Origin: Truepera sp.
GTDB taxonomy: Bacteria > Deinococcota > Deinococci > Deinococcales > Trueperaceae
DNA length: 64,000 nucleotides
Reading direction: 5' to 3'
NCBI GenBank assembly: GCA_965218435.1
Contig: CBDCKW010000009.1
Span: 2,112,001-2,176,000 of the forward strand
The notes beneath the pieces were generated by a model that saw only the letters and a list, made by a program, of their open reading frames with translations, searched no databases and was not told where the DNA came from. The translations under genes were made by a program, and so were the position numbers. Of the stretch, positions 1-9,910 are shown piece after piece; within the stretch, counting starts at the first letter, position 1; each line of letters begins with the position of its first letter.

Positions 1-474
1 CACTTAGCGACCTTTAGCGGCGTCGGGCGGCGCTGGCAACGTGTGGGGAGTGTACGCGGCGCACTCGTGATTGACGACTACGCGCATCATCCGACCGAGG
101 TTAGGGTCACGCTTCAGGCCGCACGTCACACCGGACGCCGCGTCCGGGCGGTGTTGCAACCGCACCGCTGGGTCCGCACGGCTCGCCACTGGGCCGCGCT
201 CGCCGACGCTGCCGCCCTTGCCGATGAGGTATTAGTTTTAGACATCTACGCGGCGGGCGAAGCGGCGATTCCCGGTGTGTCGGCGGCGCGTATCGTCGAG
301 CGGTTGCGGGCGGCCGGAACCACCGCCGACCTCACCACCGCCGCTGCTGCCCAGACCTATCTGGGCGAAACGCTTAAAGACGGCGACCTCATCATCACGC
401 TCGGGGCGGGCGACGTGTGGCGCGTCGCTGAAGGGGTCGTCGGGGACGCCGGAGGGGATGACGGCAGTGCGTGA
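1..474 (+). CDS. murC: UDP-N-acetylmuramate--L-alanine ligase, C-terminal part (runs off the window start)
   Basis: Frame 1 is open from base 1 (HLATFSGVGRRW...). Contains DDYAHHPTE, QPHR and TLGAGDV motifs and sits upstream of murB/ftsQAZ. Confidence 0.93.
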   Translation, partial: HLATFSGVGRRWQRVGSVRGALVIDDYAHHPTEVRVTLQAARHTGRRVRAVLQPHRWVRTARHWAALADAAALADEVLVLDIYAAGEAAIPGVSAARIVERLRAAGTTADLTTAAAAQTYLGETLKDGDLIITLGAGDVWRVAEGVVGDAGGDDGSA

Positions 475-1333
475 GGGCCTGGTTAAACGCGTAGCGATGA
501 GCAGCCTGACGACCCTCGGCGTCGGCGGCGAGGCGGAACTCTGGACGGTTGAAAACGACGCCGACCTCGCCGCCGCAACCCGTGAATCCTACCGGGTGCT
601 GGGAGCCGGGTCGAACCTACTTGTCGCTGATGGGGGCGTCGGTGAGCGCGTGATTAAACTGGGTCGCAGTTTCAACGACGTCGGCGCGTTTACGGTGCCT
701 GACGTATGGCTCGGCGCGGCGACGCCGCTGCCGGGACTCGTGCGGCGCGCTGCGGACGCGGGTTGGTCGGGGCTCGAGGGCCTCTTGGGTGTCCCGGCGG
801 TACTAGGCGGCGCAGTCGCGATGAACGCCGGAACACGGTTTGGCGAGATAGCTGACACCCTACGTGAGGTTGAGGTGTTTGTAAATGGCGGGCCCGAGCG
901 CCTCCCCGCCGACGCGTTGGAGTTCTCATACCGTCACAGTGAGTTGCCCCCCGGTACGGTCATCACCCGCGTGCGGCTGGCGCTGACACCTTCGTCACCG
1001 GAGCGGGTGCGGGCCAAGCTGACCCAAGTAGACGCGGCCCGCAAAGGCCAACCCAAAGTTAAATCTGCGGGTTGCGCCTTCAAAAACCCACCAGGCGACA
1101 GCGCCGGACGCCTGATTGACGCCGCCGGACTGAAAGGCTTACGGGTCGGCCAAGCTAAGGTCTCGGACGAGCACGGCAACTTTATCGTTAATCTCGGCGG
1201 CGCAACCGCGGCTGACGTGATGGCGCTTTTGGAACAGCTGCGGGCTCGAGTTGGCGTCCCGCTGACAACCGAATGGGAACTGTGGGGCTTTGACACGGCT
1301 CAGGCTGCACCACCGGAGTTGACGTGCGTCTAA
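458..1333 (+). CDS. murB: UDP-N-acetylenolpyruvoylglucosamine reductase
   Basis: GAGSNLLV, GGAVAMNAG, SAGCAFKNP and HGNFIVN motifs. ATG at 458 follows GGAGG. Confidence 0.95.
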   Translation: MTAVREGLVKRVAMSSLTTLGVGGEAELWTVENDADLAAATRESYRVLGAGSNLLVADGGVGERVIKLGRSFNDVGAFTVPDVWLGAATPLPGLVRRAADAGWSGLEGLLGVPAVLGGAVAMNAGTRFGEIADTLREVEVFVNGGPERLPADALEFSYRHSELPPGTVITRVRLALTPSSPERVRAKLTQVDAARKGQPKVKSAGCAFKNPPGDSAGRLIDAAGLKGLRVGQAKVSDEHGNFIVNLGGATAADVMALLEQLRARVGVPLTTEWELWGFDTAQAAPPELTCV

Positions 1334-1941
1334 TTCGCACCACCTTAAGCGTGCTTTTGGGACTTTCGCTGCTGGTCTTGGGCTCGAGCTTTTTTTACCC
1401 TAGAATCGAGCGCGTCCAGGTCTCGGGCGCGTCACACTACAGCGAAGCCGACATCCTCCGGTTGGCCCGGATCCGGGTCGGCTTTCCGCTCTTGTGGGTG
1501 ACGACCCAAAGGGTCGGGGTGTTAGCACGCGACCCGTGGATTTTGGGGCTGCACGTTGTCCGCAAATGGCCGCATACACTTTACCTAGCGGTCACTGAAC
1601 GGACGCCTGTTTTAGTCAAAGGGACGACCGCTTACGCCCTCGACGGCACGGTTTTACCGGGTGCGACGCCTGCGGATAGGGCAAAGGCTGTGCCCCTTAA
1701 AGGCTGGGGAGCCGACCGGAGCGCCGAAGCCCTCGAGATTTTCCGGCTCGTGGCACCTAGAGGCCCGCAGATGTTAAGCTACGCACCAAGCGGCTTTACG
1801 GTTAGCTTCGCTGGTTCTTCCCTCTACACGCCTGACGCAACACTTTTACGGGCGCACTGGGCGGCCTTTGTAGAGCAGCGAGCAGAGCGCGTCGCGGTCT
1901 ATCCGTGGGGAGTGAGCACACAAGTGAGTACAACAAGATGA
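1324..1941 (+). CDS. ftsQ: Cell division protein FtsQ/DivIB (POTRA domain)
   Basis: N-terminal TM helix, POTRA-like segment ending WPHTLYLAVTER, located between murB and ftsA. Confidence 0.8.
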   Translation: MRLIRTTLSVLLGLSLLVLGSSFFYPRIERVQVSGASHYSEADILRLARIRVGFPLLWVTTQRVGVLARDPWILGLHVVRKWPHTLYLAVTERTPVLVKGTTAYALDGTVLPGATPADRAKAVPLKGWGADRSAEALEIFRLVAPRGPQMLSYAPSGFTVSFAGSSLYTPDATLLRAHWAAFVEQRAERVAVYPWGVSTQVSTTR

Positions 1942-1963
1942 GCTTAAAGAGGGTTTTAATACC

Positions 1964-3238
1964 ATGACAGACGAACGTATTATCGTCGGGCTCGATATCG
2001 GTACGACCAAAATCTGTACCGTCATCGGTGAGGTGGCGAGCGACGGCGTATTAGACATTATCGGTGAGGGCACCGTTCCTAGTGACGGCCTGCGTAAAGG
2101 GGTCGTGGTCAATCTCGAGCGCACCATCGCCTCGGTGCGGCAGTCCATTGCCGCCGCCGAACGCGTCGCCGGGGTCGAGGTCAAAGACGCCTGGATCGGC
2201 GTCGCCGGGGGTCATTTGCGGGCATTCACCAGTCACGGCATGGCCGCGATTCGCCGGGGTCAACAGATCAGCGACGCCGACGTCGAGCGCACGATTGAAA
2301 ACGCTAGGGCGGTGCCTTTAGAGGCCAACATGGACGTCGTTCACGTGATCCCGCAAGAGTACGTGGTAGACGGACAAGACGGCATCAAAGACCCCGTGGG
2401 AATGAGCGGCGTGCGTTTAGAAGTTGACGTCCATATCGTTGCGGGTGCGCAAGGCCCGCTGCAAAATCTACGCCGCTGCGCCCAAGACGCGGGCGTCGAA
2501 GTAGACGGCATGGTTGTCCAGGCACTCGCGTCAGGGTTAGCGGTCTTAACTGACAGCGAACGTGAACTTACCACCGTCCTCATTGACATCGGCGGCGGCA
2601 CCACCGACGTGGGTGTGTTTCGGCGCGGCACGCTGACCGACTCCGCAGTCATTCCGCTGGGTGGCGACCATATCACCCAAGACATCTCGCAGCTGCTACG
2701 GATTCCACCCGACGAAGCTGAGCGCGTCAAGAAAAAGTACGGGGTCGCGCTGCCCGAACTCGCCGACCGCGAGGTCGAGTTGGAGGTCTCGCACCCCAAC
2801 TACACCTCATCCTTGACCACCTTTGAACTCGCGCAGGTGATTCGGCCGCGCGTGATGGAGATTTTAGACCTCGTGAAACGCGCGATCGAACAGCGGATGG
2901 GTGCCTTGGAACTTCTGGCCGGGAGCGTCGTCATTACCGGCGGCGGCGCTTTGATGCGCGGTACCGAGCAGGTCGCTACCGAACGCTTTCGTTTGCCCGT
3001 ACGGATCGGCAAACCGCTCAACGTCTCGGGCCTGGTTGACGTTGTCGCCAGCCCCGCCCACGCGACCGCCGTCGGGCTCGTGCGGCACGGGATGCAGCTC
3101 AAACGCGTCGGCACCGGCGGACGCGGATCACCGGTACGGGTTCGTAACCTACGGTCTGCGCGTCTGCCTGGTGAAGGGAGCGCCGGGTTGGGCCATTTTT
3201 TCGGCAGGGTTCGCAATTTTCTCAAAGATTTCTTTTAG
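1964..3238 (+). CDS. ftsA: Cell division protein FtsA
   Basis: GLDIGTTKI, DIGGGTTD and VITGGGA actin-fold motifs. Confidence 0.97.
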   Translation: MTDERIIVGLDIGTTKICTVIGEVASDGVLDIIGEGTVPSDGLRKGVVVNLERTIASVRQSIAAAERVAGVEVKDAWIGVAGGHLRAFTSHGMAAIRRGQQISDADVERTIENARAVPLEANMDVVHVIPQEYVVDGQDGIKDPVGMSGVRLEVDVHIVAGAQGPLQNLRRCAQDAGVEVDGMVVQALASGLAVLTDSERELTTVLIDIGGGTTDVGVFRRGTLTDSAVIPLGGDHITQDISQLLRIPPDEAERVKKKYGVALPELADREVELEVSHPNYTSSLTTFELAQVIRPRVMEILDLVKRAIEQRMGALELLAGSVVITGGGALMRGTEQVATERFRLPVRIGKPLNVSGLVDVVASPAHATAVGLVRHGMQLKRVGTGGRGSPVRVRNLRSARLPGEGSAGLGHFFGRVRNFLKDFF

Positions 3239-3334
3239 TCGTGGTGACTTTATTTTGTAGCTGGCCGAAGTTCAACTTAGCTAACAAGTTCTCCGGGATA
3301 TCCCGAATTGAAGCGCAACAGTGAGGAGCAAACA

Positions 3335-4402
3335 GTGATCAGTAACATTACAGAAAATGCCGTGATAAGGGTGATTGGTCTGGGCGGCGGCGGCAACAAC
3401 GCGGTCAACCGGATGATCGAAGCGGGCTTGGAGGGCGTGCAGTTTATCGCCGCGAATACCGACGCGCAGGTCTTAACGACGAGCCTGGCCGACACCCGGA
3501 TTCAGATGGGCGACCACCTGACGAAAGGTCTCGGAGCCGGGGCCAACCCGGAGATTGGCGAAAAGGCCGCCGTCGAAGACCGCGACCGTATCGCTGAACA
3601 GCTGCGCGGCTCGGACCTCGTCTTTATCACCGCCGGAATGGGCGGCGGGACCGGAACAGGCAGCGCCCCTATCGTGGCTGAAGTTTCGCGCGAGCAGGGT
3701 GCGCTCACCGTCGCGGTTGTGACCACACCGTTTCAGTTTGAAGGCCCCAACCGGATGCGTCAGGCTGAAGAGGGTTTGCGGAAGCTCGAGGACAAAGTTG
3801 ACGCGCTGATCGTCGTAGAAAATCAGCGCCTGTTGTCGGCCTTGGACCGTAAGGTCAAGTTGTCCGACGCTTTTCGGGTCGCCGACCGCGTGCTCTACTA
3901 CGGCGTCAAAGGGATCAGCGACGTGATCAACAAGTCGGGCCTCATCAACGTTGACTTTGCCGACGTGCGGGCGCTCTTATCGGGCGCGGGTACTGTCTTG
4001 ATGGGGATCGGTTCAGGGCGCGGTGAGCACTTGGTCGAAGAAGCGGCCAACAGCGCGACGCATTCGCCGCTGCTGGCTAGGGGCGTCGAGGGTGCCCATC
4101 AGCTCTTGGTCAACATTACCGGTTCCGAAGAGTTGACGCTTTTTGACGCGCACGAAATCGTCGAAAAGATCAGCGAAGCTACCGAAGTCGAAGACCCGAA
4201 CGTCTTGTTCGGCGTCGCCTACGACGAAGCCGCGGGCGACGAAGTGCGGGTGACTGTGATCGCCGCCGGCTTTGACCACGCCGCGCAGCCCAAGATTTTA
4301 CGTCCGGCCCAGCTTCGCACCGCCATCGGTGGGGGCCGCAGCTACGACCCGACCAACTTCGACATCCCGGCGTTTTTACGGTACAACCCCGACGAGAACT
4401 GA
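3335..4402 (+). CDS. ftsZ: Cell division GTPase FtsZ
   Basis: GGGTGTG signature and C-terminal DIPAFLR. Probable GTG start at 3335 after GAGGAG. Confidence 0.98.
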   Translation: MISNITENAVIRVIGLGGGGNNAVNRMIEAGLEGVQFIAANTDAQVLTTSLADTRIQMGDHLTKGLGAGANPEIGEKAAVEDRDRIAEQLRGSDLVFITAGMGGGTGTGSAPIVAEVSREQGALTVAVVTTPFQFEGPNRMRQAEEGLRKLEDKVDALIVVENQRLLSALDRKVKLSDAFRVADRVLYYGVKGISDVINKSGLINVDFADVRALLSGAGTVLMGIGSGRGEHLVEEAANSATHSPLLARGVEGAHQLLVNITGSEELTLFDAHEIVEKISEATEVEDPNVLFGVAYDEAAGDEVRVTVIAAGFDHAAQPKILRPAQLRTAIGGGRSYDPTNFDIPAFLRYNPDEN

Positions 4403-4410
4403 GCAGACTT

Positions 4411-4451
4411 GGGTATCTAAGTCATGGGGTGTCTGAGTTATAGGGTGTCTG
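4411..4451. repeat. Degenerate 16-bp tandem repeat, about 2.5 copies
   Basis: GGGTATCTAAGTCATG / GGGTGTCTGAGTTATA / GGGTGTCTG. Confidence 0.6.
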
Positions 4452-4537
4452 GTGGTCCGTCCGTCAGCTGAGGCACCCTTTAGACAGTACGTTTCACGTC
4501 ATAGTAACGGTATGAGCTTCGTAACGAGCGTGCCTTT

Positions 4538-5059
4538 GTGACGCGGGAAACCATCTACGACGGCAAGGTCATCCGGGTCAGCAAACTTGCAGGGCGTTGG
4601 GAAATCGTTGAACACGTCCCAGCCGTTGCGGTTTTAGTGCTGCGCGGGCAAGGCGAGAGCACCGAGGTGCTGCTCGTATCACAAGCGCGTCCGGCTATCG
4701 GCCAAAAGACGTGGGAGCTGCCCGCAGGGCTCGTTGACGAGGGGGAAACGCCGCAAACAGCCGCTGCGCGTGAACTCGCAGAAGAGGTCGGTCTCGGCGG
4801 CACGCTGACGCTGCTGGCCGAGGTGTTCTCGAGCCCCGGTTTTACCGACGAAAAGGTCTATCTCTTCGGGGCGACCGAGCTCTTTGACCGTAAACTCCCC
4901 GGCGACGAAGATGATGACTTTGAAGTTGCTTGGAAGCCGCTGTTAGAGACCTGGCAAAGTATCGCCGGTGGCACCGTGGCGAGCAGCGCCCCGACGCTGC
5001 TCGGCCTCACCTTGGGACTGTACACCTACGCCCTCGGGCAACGCGGCAGCTTGCCTTGA
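4538..5059 (+). CDS. NUDIX hydrolase (ADP-ribose pyrophosphatase-like)
   Basis: Nudix box GLVDEGETPQTAAARELAEEVG and SPGFTDE. Confidence 0.9.
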   Translation: MTRETIYDGKVIRVSKLAGRWEIVEHVPAVAVLVLRGQGESTEVLLVSQARPAIGQKTWELPAGLVDEGETPQTAAARELAEEVGLGGTLTLLAEVFSSPGFTDEKVYLFGATELFDRKLPGDEDDDFEVAWKPLLETWQSIAGGTVASSAPTLLGLTLGLYTYALGQRGSLP

Positions 5060-5949
5060 AGGTCGTCTCTACTCCGGACGACTTAGACCTGCGCGGCTGC
5101 GCCCTCTGCATCGGTAACTTCGACGGTGTTCACCTGGGCCATCAGCTCTTGCTCCGGCGGTTGCAAGAGGTCGCGGCAGAAACGGGCGCACCGGGCGTGG
5201 TCATCACCTTTTTTCCCCCGGCGAAGGTTGTCTTTCGGGGGAAGCCTTATCTCTCCTCCGCCGCCGAAAAACTCTATCTACTAGGCGCTTTTAACCCGGA
5301 CGCCGTGGTGATGACACCCTTTAGTTTGGCGTACGCCGAGACGCCCAAAGAACACTTTCTCGGTGAGCTGGCGCGGCTCCGTCCCAAGCACCTGATTGTC
5401 GGTGAAGATTTCCGGTTTGGGCATAGGCGCACGGGCGGGTTAGACGATCTGCAACACGTGACCGAACGCCTCGAGGTCTTTAGTTTAGAGCGCCTTGAAG
5501 AGGAACCGATCAAATCGTCCCACATCCGCGAGCTGCTGCAAGCGGGCCGCGTAGAAGAAGCGCGTAGATTTTTGGGCTACAGCTACCTTGTCTTTGGCAA
5601 GGTCGTTCAAGGTGACAAACGTGGGCGCACGATCGGCTTTCCTACGGCGAACCTCGAGCTGTCCCCAGAGAAGGCGCTCCCCCTCGGCGTGTTTGCCGTC
5701 ACTGCCGAAACTCCCCAAGGCCGTTTTACGGGGATGGCCAACGTCGGGCCGCGCCCCTCGTACCCGGACGCACCCCCGGCGCTCGAGGTGCATCTTTTTG
5801 ATTTTGACGGCGACCTCTACGGCCAAACCCTGCGCGTCTCATTCGAGTATTTTCTTAGGGCACAAAAAAAGTTCAGCGGGTTGGACGCGCTTACGGCGCA
5901 GCTGACTAAAGATAAAGACCAAGCGAAAAAACTTCAAGCACCAGCCTGA
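5056..5949 (+). CDS. ribF: Bifunctional riboflavin kinase/FAD synthetase
   Basis: GNFDGVHLGH and GRTIGFPTAN motifs. TTG at 5056 overlaps the NUDIX stop. Confidence 0.95.
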   Translation: MKVVSTPDDLDLRGCALCIGNFDGVHLGHQLLLRRLQEVAAETGAPGVVITFFPPAKVVFRGKPYLSSAAEKLYLLGAFNPDAVVMTPFSLAYAETPKEHFLGELARLRPKHLIVGEDFRFGHRRTGGLDDLQHVTERLEVFSLERLEEEPIKSSHIRELLQAGRVEEARRFLGYSYLVFGKVVQGDKRGRTIGFPTANLELSPEKALPLGVFAVTAETPQGRFTGMANVGPRPSYPDAPPALEVHLFDFDGDLYGQTLRVSFEYFLRAQKKFSGLDALTAQLTKDKDQAKKLQAPA

Positions 5950-6127
5950 CCTATGCAAAAAGCATCTTCAACGCTCTGCCCGGTCGCCTGATTAGTAGAA
6001 GTCACGGCGTGAAGAAGTCAAGCTAACACGCCCACACCAATTTACAAACAGGCTTACAAACAAAGATAGCACCTCCCTAGAGAGCTGCTAGAACCCTAGA
6101 AAATCTGTCTAGAACATAATTTGGAAA

Positions 6128-6214
6128 TGGTGCCGAGAGCGGGACTTGAACCCGCACGCCCGTAAGGGCAACAGATTTTAAGTCTGCAGCGTCTACCGAT
6201 TCCGCCATCCCGGC
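6128..6214 (-). tRNA. tRNA-Leu (anticodon TAA)
   Basis: GCCGGGATGGCGGAATCGGTAGAC...CT-TAA-AA...GTTCAAGTCCC...ACCA, with a long variable arm. Confidence 0.97.
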
Positions 6215-6364
6215 GCAAAGGGCAGTATACGTGCTTGACGTAAGAAGCGTCAACGCCCCAACCCGTCTGTCCACGGGTAAAAATAGCGGGCGCAGCCCAG
6301 CTATATTTCAAACGCACGCAGGTAGATTGCGTACAATAGGGAAACGGCTTAGGGAGGGGCAATA

Positions 6365-7873
6365 GTGACCGGAATGACCGAACGAAAAGAGCTGGAAGAA
6401 AAGAAAATCGGCACGCTGCAAAAAGCCTTGGAGATTAACCTCGAGCGCAGCAAGTACGGGACGTTTGCTGAAATTGGCGCAGGCCAAGAGGTCGTGCGCT
6501 GGTTTTTCCAGGCGGGCGCAGCCGCTGCGACCATTGCCAAATCGATGTCAGCGTACGACATGACCGTGAGCGACGCGATTTATGGACACTCGAAACGCTA
6601 CGTCTCCCGTGACCGTTTAGAGACGATGCTCACCTACGAATACGACCTGCTGATCGAGCGCCTAAACAGCCGTCAGGCCGACACCGAGTTTTTCGTCTTT
6701 GCCAACACGGTCGTCGCGCGCGGCTTTAAGGCCGGGGGCGAGTACCACGGCTGGATGGGCATCACGTATCAAGGCGAACCGGGAGCCGAACCCAACCGCA
6801 TCGTCATTCACGTACGGATGCTCGACAAAGAGACCTTAGCGCAGCAAGAGGCGCTCGGGATTTTGGGCGTCAACCTCATCTACGCGGCGCTCAACTACCA
6901 AGATGACGGCGAACCCGACGAGCTGATGCGGAGCCTGTTAGACGACCTTAGTACCGAACGCGTCGAAGTCGATATGATCGCCTTTTCAGGGCCGCAGTTT
7001 CACGGCATCGACCACCGCTTGACCGCACTTAAACTCGTGCAGTTAGGACTCAGCGACGCCGCCATGTTCTCCGCGCAAGGTGAGGTGTTTCAGCCCTCGG
7101 AAGTGCTGTACAAAAAGTCTATTTTGGTCGAGCGCGGCTCGTTTCGGCCCGTAACGCATGTGAACTTGGATATGATCGAATGCGCCCGGGGCCAGTTTGA
7201 AGGGCAACTCGGCGAGGGTGACGGCGAGACCGTCGAGGTCATGGAAATTACCATGAGAAACCTGCGCGCCGCCGGGGACATCGACTACGACGACTTTTTA
7301 GCCCGCGCCGATGTGCTCGCGTCCACTGGGGCGACGGTGCTCGTGTCAAATTACTTTGAATACTACCGTTTAGCCGCCTATTTGCGGCGCTACACCAAAA
7401 AGCCGATTGCCATTACGATGGGGATTCCCAGCTTGAAAGAGCTGTTTAACGAAACATTTTACGACAACCTCGCCGGGGGCATTTTAGAGTCGTTCGGGCG
7501 GCTGTTCAAAAACGATACGCGTTTGTATATCTATCCGCTGCAAGACAGCGAAACCGGTAGGCTCACAACCGTCCAAAAACTCAAAGTCGAACCCCACCTG
7601 CGCAATTTATACGCGCACTTAGTTGAAAACGGCTACATCGAATCGATTGACTTTTACAATAAAGACTTTTTACACATCTTTTCGCGTGACGTACTCGCAA
7701 AAATTGCTGCGCATGACCCGTCTTGGGAAGAGATGGTGCCGCTTCAGGTGGCTGAGCTGATTAAAGAGCGTCACCTGTTCGGCTACGCGCCGCAAAAAGA
7801 TTTGCCCCCGGCAGAAACGTCTCAGGCAGAACCCGCACCTGCAGAGGCGTCTCAAGCCGAGACGCCCACGTAG
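6365..7873 (+). CDS. Conserved protein with degenerate nucleotidyltransferase (NadD-like) C-terminal half; family often mislabelled TonB-dependent receptor
   Basis: YGTFAEIGAGQEV N-terminus, HIGH-like GSFRPVTHVN, and a NadD-like tail WEEMVPLQVAELIKERHLFGY. Confidence 0.6.
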   Translation: MTGMTERKELEEKKIGTLQKALEINLERSKYGTFAEIGAGQEVVRWFFQAGAAAATIAKSMSAYDMTVSDAIYGHSKRYVSRDRLETMLTYEYDLLIERLNSRQADTEFFVFANTVVARGFKAGGEYHGWMGITYQGEPGAEPNRIVIHVRMLDKETLAQQEALGILGVNLIYAALNYQDDGEPDELMRSLLDDLSTERVEVDMIAFSGPQFHGIDHRLTALKLVQLGLSDAAMFSAQGEVFQPSEVLYKKSILVERGSFRPVTHVNLDMIECARGQFEGQLGEGDGETVEVMEITMRNLRAAGDIDYDDFLARADVLASTGATVLVSNYFEYYRLAAYLRRYTKKPIAITMGIPSLKELFNETFYDNLAGGILESFGRLFKNDTRLYIYPLQDSETGRLTTVQKLKVEPHLRNLYAHLVENGYIESIDFYNKDFLHIFSRDVLAKIAAHDPSWEEMVPLQVAELIKERHLFGYAPQKDLPPAETSQAEPAPAEASQAETPT

Positions 7874-7883
7874 GGAGAATTAG

Positions 7884-7912
7884 AAAGCATAGGTCGTGTC
7901 GATCTATGCTTT
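7884..7912. terminator. Hairpin, probable intrinsic terminator
   Basis: AAAGCATAGGTCG-TGT-CGATCTATGCTTT. Confidence 0.55.
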
Positions 7913-8093
7913 GGTGATCACAGCTTAAGCGTGTTGGCGGCGCGCTCTTCTCAGCCTGACCAGCGACTTTTCAATTCTTTATTCTGGATTCTTCGGCAGG
8001 GCACACTGCAAACCCCTCCAGTTGGTCTTAAAATTGTCAGTAGCGCCCACGCCTTCCCTACCCGGTGTACGCAAAGGTATGCGAGACTAAAGC

Positions 8094-8810
8094 ATGGACC
8101 TTTCCAACGCGCAGCAAATGGACCTGACCGCGCTCTATTACGGCGCTTTTTTAGTACATAGCCGCGGCGACGACGCCTGGTATTTATACAGTGAGGGCGA
8201 GACCGCCGATCAGGTTGACGTTTCGGACGCCGAGGACTACGTGGCGCGTGGCTGGGTTGAGCGCCAAGGCTTTGAAAGCTCGGTTGACCTCGAGCTTTAC
8301 GCGCTCACCGGCGCAGGTCAAGAGACGATTGAGCCTTACCTCGAGGCCGAGGCGGAGGCGGGGGGCGGCGAACCGGGCGCACGGCTGCTGCTCGCTGCCA
8401 CTGCCGGGGAACGCGACTATCTGCTCTCGGTACCGATTTCGCCTGAAGACATCGAAACGCTCCGGCGGCGCTTTGTCCTGGCTGAAACCCTCTCGGCGGC
8501 GGACGATGACTTTGTCGCACTCGAGTACGGTACCGACGTCTCGGCTTATGACGCTGAACATAACGACGAAATCCGTGAGCTGCGCGCCGAGGCGCGGGGG
8601 GCAGCCCTGCTAGCGACCTTGCCGGATGATTTTGCAGCGGAGGCAGAACTCACATTAAGCTGGGCGAGCGTTCTGGTCAGCGAATCGGGGTTTGCCTACG
8701 CCGCCGGAACCGAAGCCGGAGAACGGCTCGAGACCGACGAACTCACCGAAGACGAGCTGATGACTCTCGCCATGACGCTCCTCACCGACGAGCCTCTCAC
8801 TCAAGCCTAG
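8094..8810 (+). CDS. Highly acidic hypothetical protein
   Basis: 238-aa ORF with host-like codon usage and no recognised family. Confidence 0.7.
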   Translation: MDLSNAQQMDLTALYYGAFLVHSRGDDAWYLYSEGETADQVDVSDAEDYVARGWVERQGFESSVDLELYALTGAGQETIEPYLEAEAEAGGGEPGARLLLAATAGERDYLLSVPISPEDIETLRRRFVLAETLSAADDDFVALEYGTDVSAYDAEHNDEIRELRAEARGAALLATLPDDFAAEAELTLSWASVLVSESGFAYAAGTEAGERLETDELTEDELMTLAMTLLTDEPLTQA

Positions 8811-8842
8811 CTGCGCGGCCCTGGGCAAGCTAAGATAGCCCT

Positions 8843-9910
8843 ATGAGCGTACGCCCAAACGTGCGGGCGGCGCGGGCGTATCACTTTACCCCGCGCCCCG
8901 CCCGCACTAAACTCGACCAAAACGAATCGCCCTATGATTTGCCGCCTGAACTTAAAGCCGAGGTTTGGGAGAGATTGCAACGCACGCCTTGGAACCGCTA
9001 CCCCGAACTTGCCGCCGAGTCTTTGTGCGCCGCCATCGCCCGTTTTCACGGGTGGGACGAAGCGGGCGTTGTCGTCTCGAGCGGTTCCAACGTCCTTATT
9101 CAAGCGTTCGTCGCGGCGTGCGGGATTTCTCAGCGGGTCTTGAGCGTCAGACCCACCTTCGCGGTTTACGGCGAACAGGCGCAACTCTTAGGTGCGCCGC
9201 TGACCGAAGTGGCGCTCGGTGAGGATTTCGGGTTGCCTGTCGAGGAACTCTTAGCTGAGCTCAAACGCGGCCCCGGCGTCTTTTTTCTGGCAAACCCAGC
9301 CGCGCCCACGGGCAACGTGCTTCCCAGAGCTGAGCTGATAGCTCTGACCGAGGCTGCCGCGCCGGATTGGACCCCCGTGTTTGACGAGGCGTATCAGCAG
9401 TTCACCGACGCCGACCTCTTACCGCTAGTAAGGGACAACGCGCATACGGCGTCCTTAAGGACCTTTAGCAAAGCGTTTGGGTTAGGCGGCGTCCGGCTCG
9501 GTTACGCGCTGATGAGTCCCGACCTGGCACAAAACATTCAAAAGCTCCTTCTTCCCTTTTCGGTGTCGGCGCTGCAGATTGCCACCGGTTTGACTGTTCT
9601 AGAACACCCCGAATACGTCGCAGCTAGGGCCGCCGAAGCCAAACGTGAACGTGAGGTGCTCTTTCGTGAGCTGCAAGCTTTGCCCAATCTGACGGTGTAC
9701 CCGTCCCAAACGAACTTTCTCCTCTTTCACGTAGAAGACGCCGAAACCTTTTTTAACGCTCTCTTAGAGCAAGGCATCCTCATCCGGCGACAAGACCACC
9801 TGCCAGGCTTAGGGGGCTGCTTGCGCGTCTCGGTCGGCACACCCGAAGAGAACAGCGCGTTTCTCGCGGCAGTAAAAAAGGTCAGTGAGGCGGTGATGGT
9901 GCGTGGCTAG
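8843..9910 (+). CDS. hisC: Histidinol-phosphate aminotransferase
   Basis: KLDQNESP, DEAY and RTFSKAFGLGGVRLGY motifs. Leaderless TAAGAT-N6-ATG. Confidence 0.93.
   Translation: MSVRPNVRAARAYHFTPRPARTKLDQNESPYDLPPELKAEVWERLQRTPWNRYPELAAESLCAAIARFHGWDEAGVVVSSGSNVLIQAFVAACGISQRVLSVRPTFAVYGEQAQLLGAPLTEVALGEDFGLPVEELLAELKRGPGVFFLANPAAPTGNVLPRAELIALTEAAAPDWTPVFDEAYQQFTDADLLPLVRDNAHTASLRTFSKAFGLGGVRLGYALMSPDLAQNIQKLLLPFSVSALQIATGLTVLEHPEYVAARAAEAKREREVLFRELQALPNLTVYPSQTNFLLFHVEDAETFFNALLEQGILIRRQDHLPGLGGCLRVSVGTPEENSAFLAAVKKVSEAVMVRG

Noticed and set aside
4411..4451. Short repeats after ftsZ considered as a CRISPR array
   Set aside because: Tandem 16-bp units with no spacers and no cas genes. No CRISPR array was seen anywhere in the window.
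6103..6119. ATCTGTCTAGAACATAA resembles the Deinococcus radiation/desiccation response motif
   Set aside because: It lies downstream of a tRNA, with no gene start nearby. A single imperfect match in an AT-rich patch can arise by chance.
7931..8161. 76-aa ORF containing DQRLFNSLFWILRQG, reminiscent of an IS5 transposase N-terminus
   Set aside because: Only about 15 residues are similar and no IS ends were found. At most a tiny relic, so it is not called as a gene.
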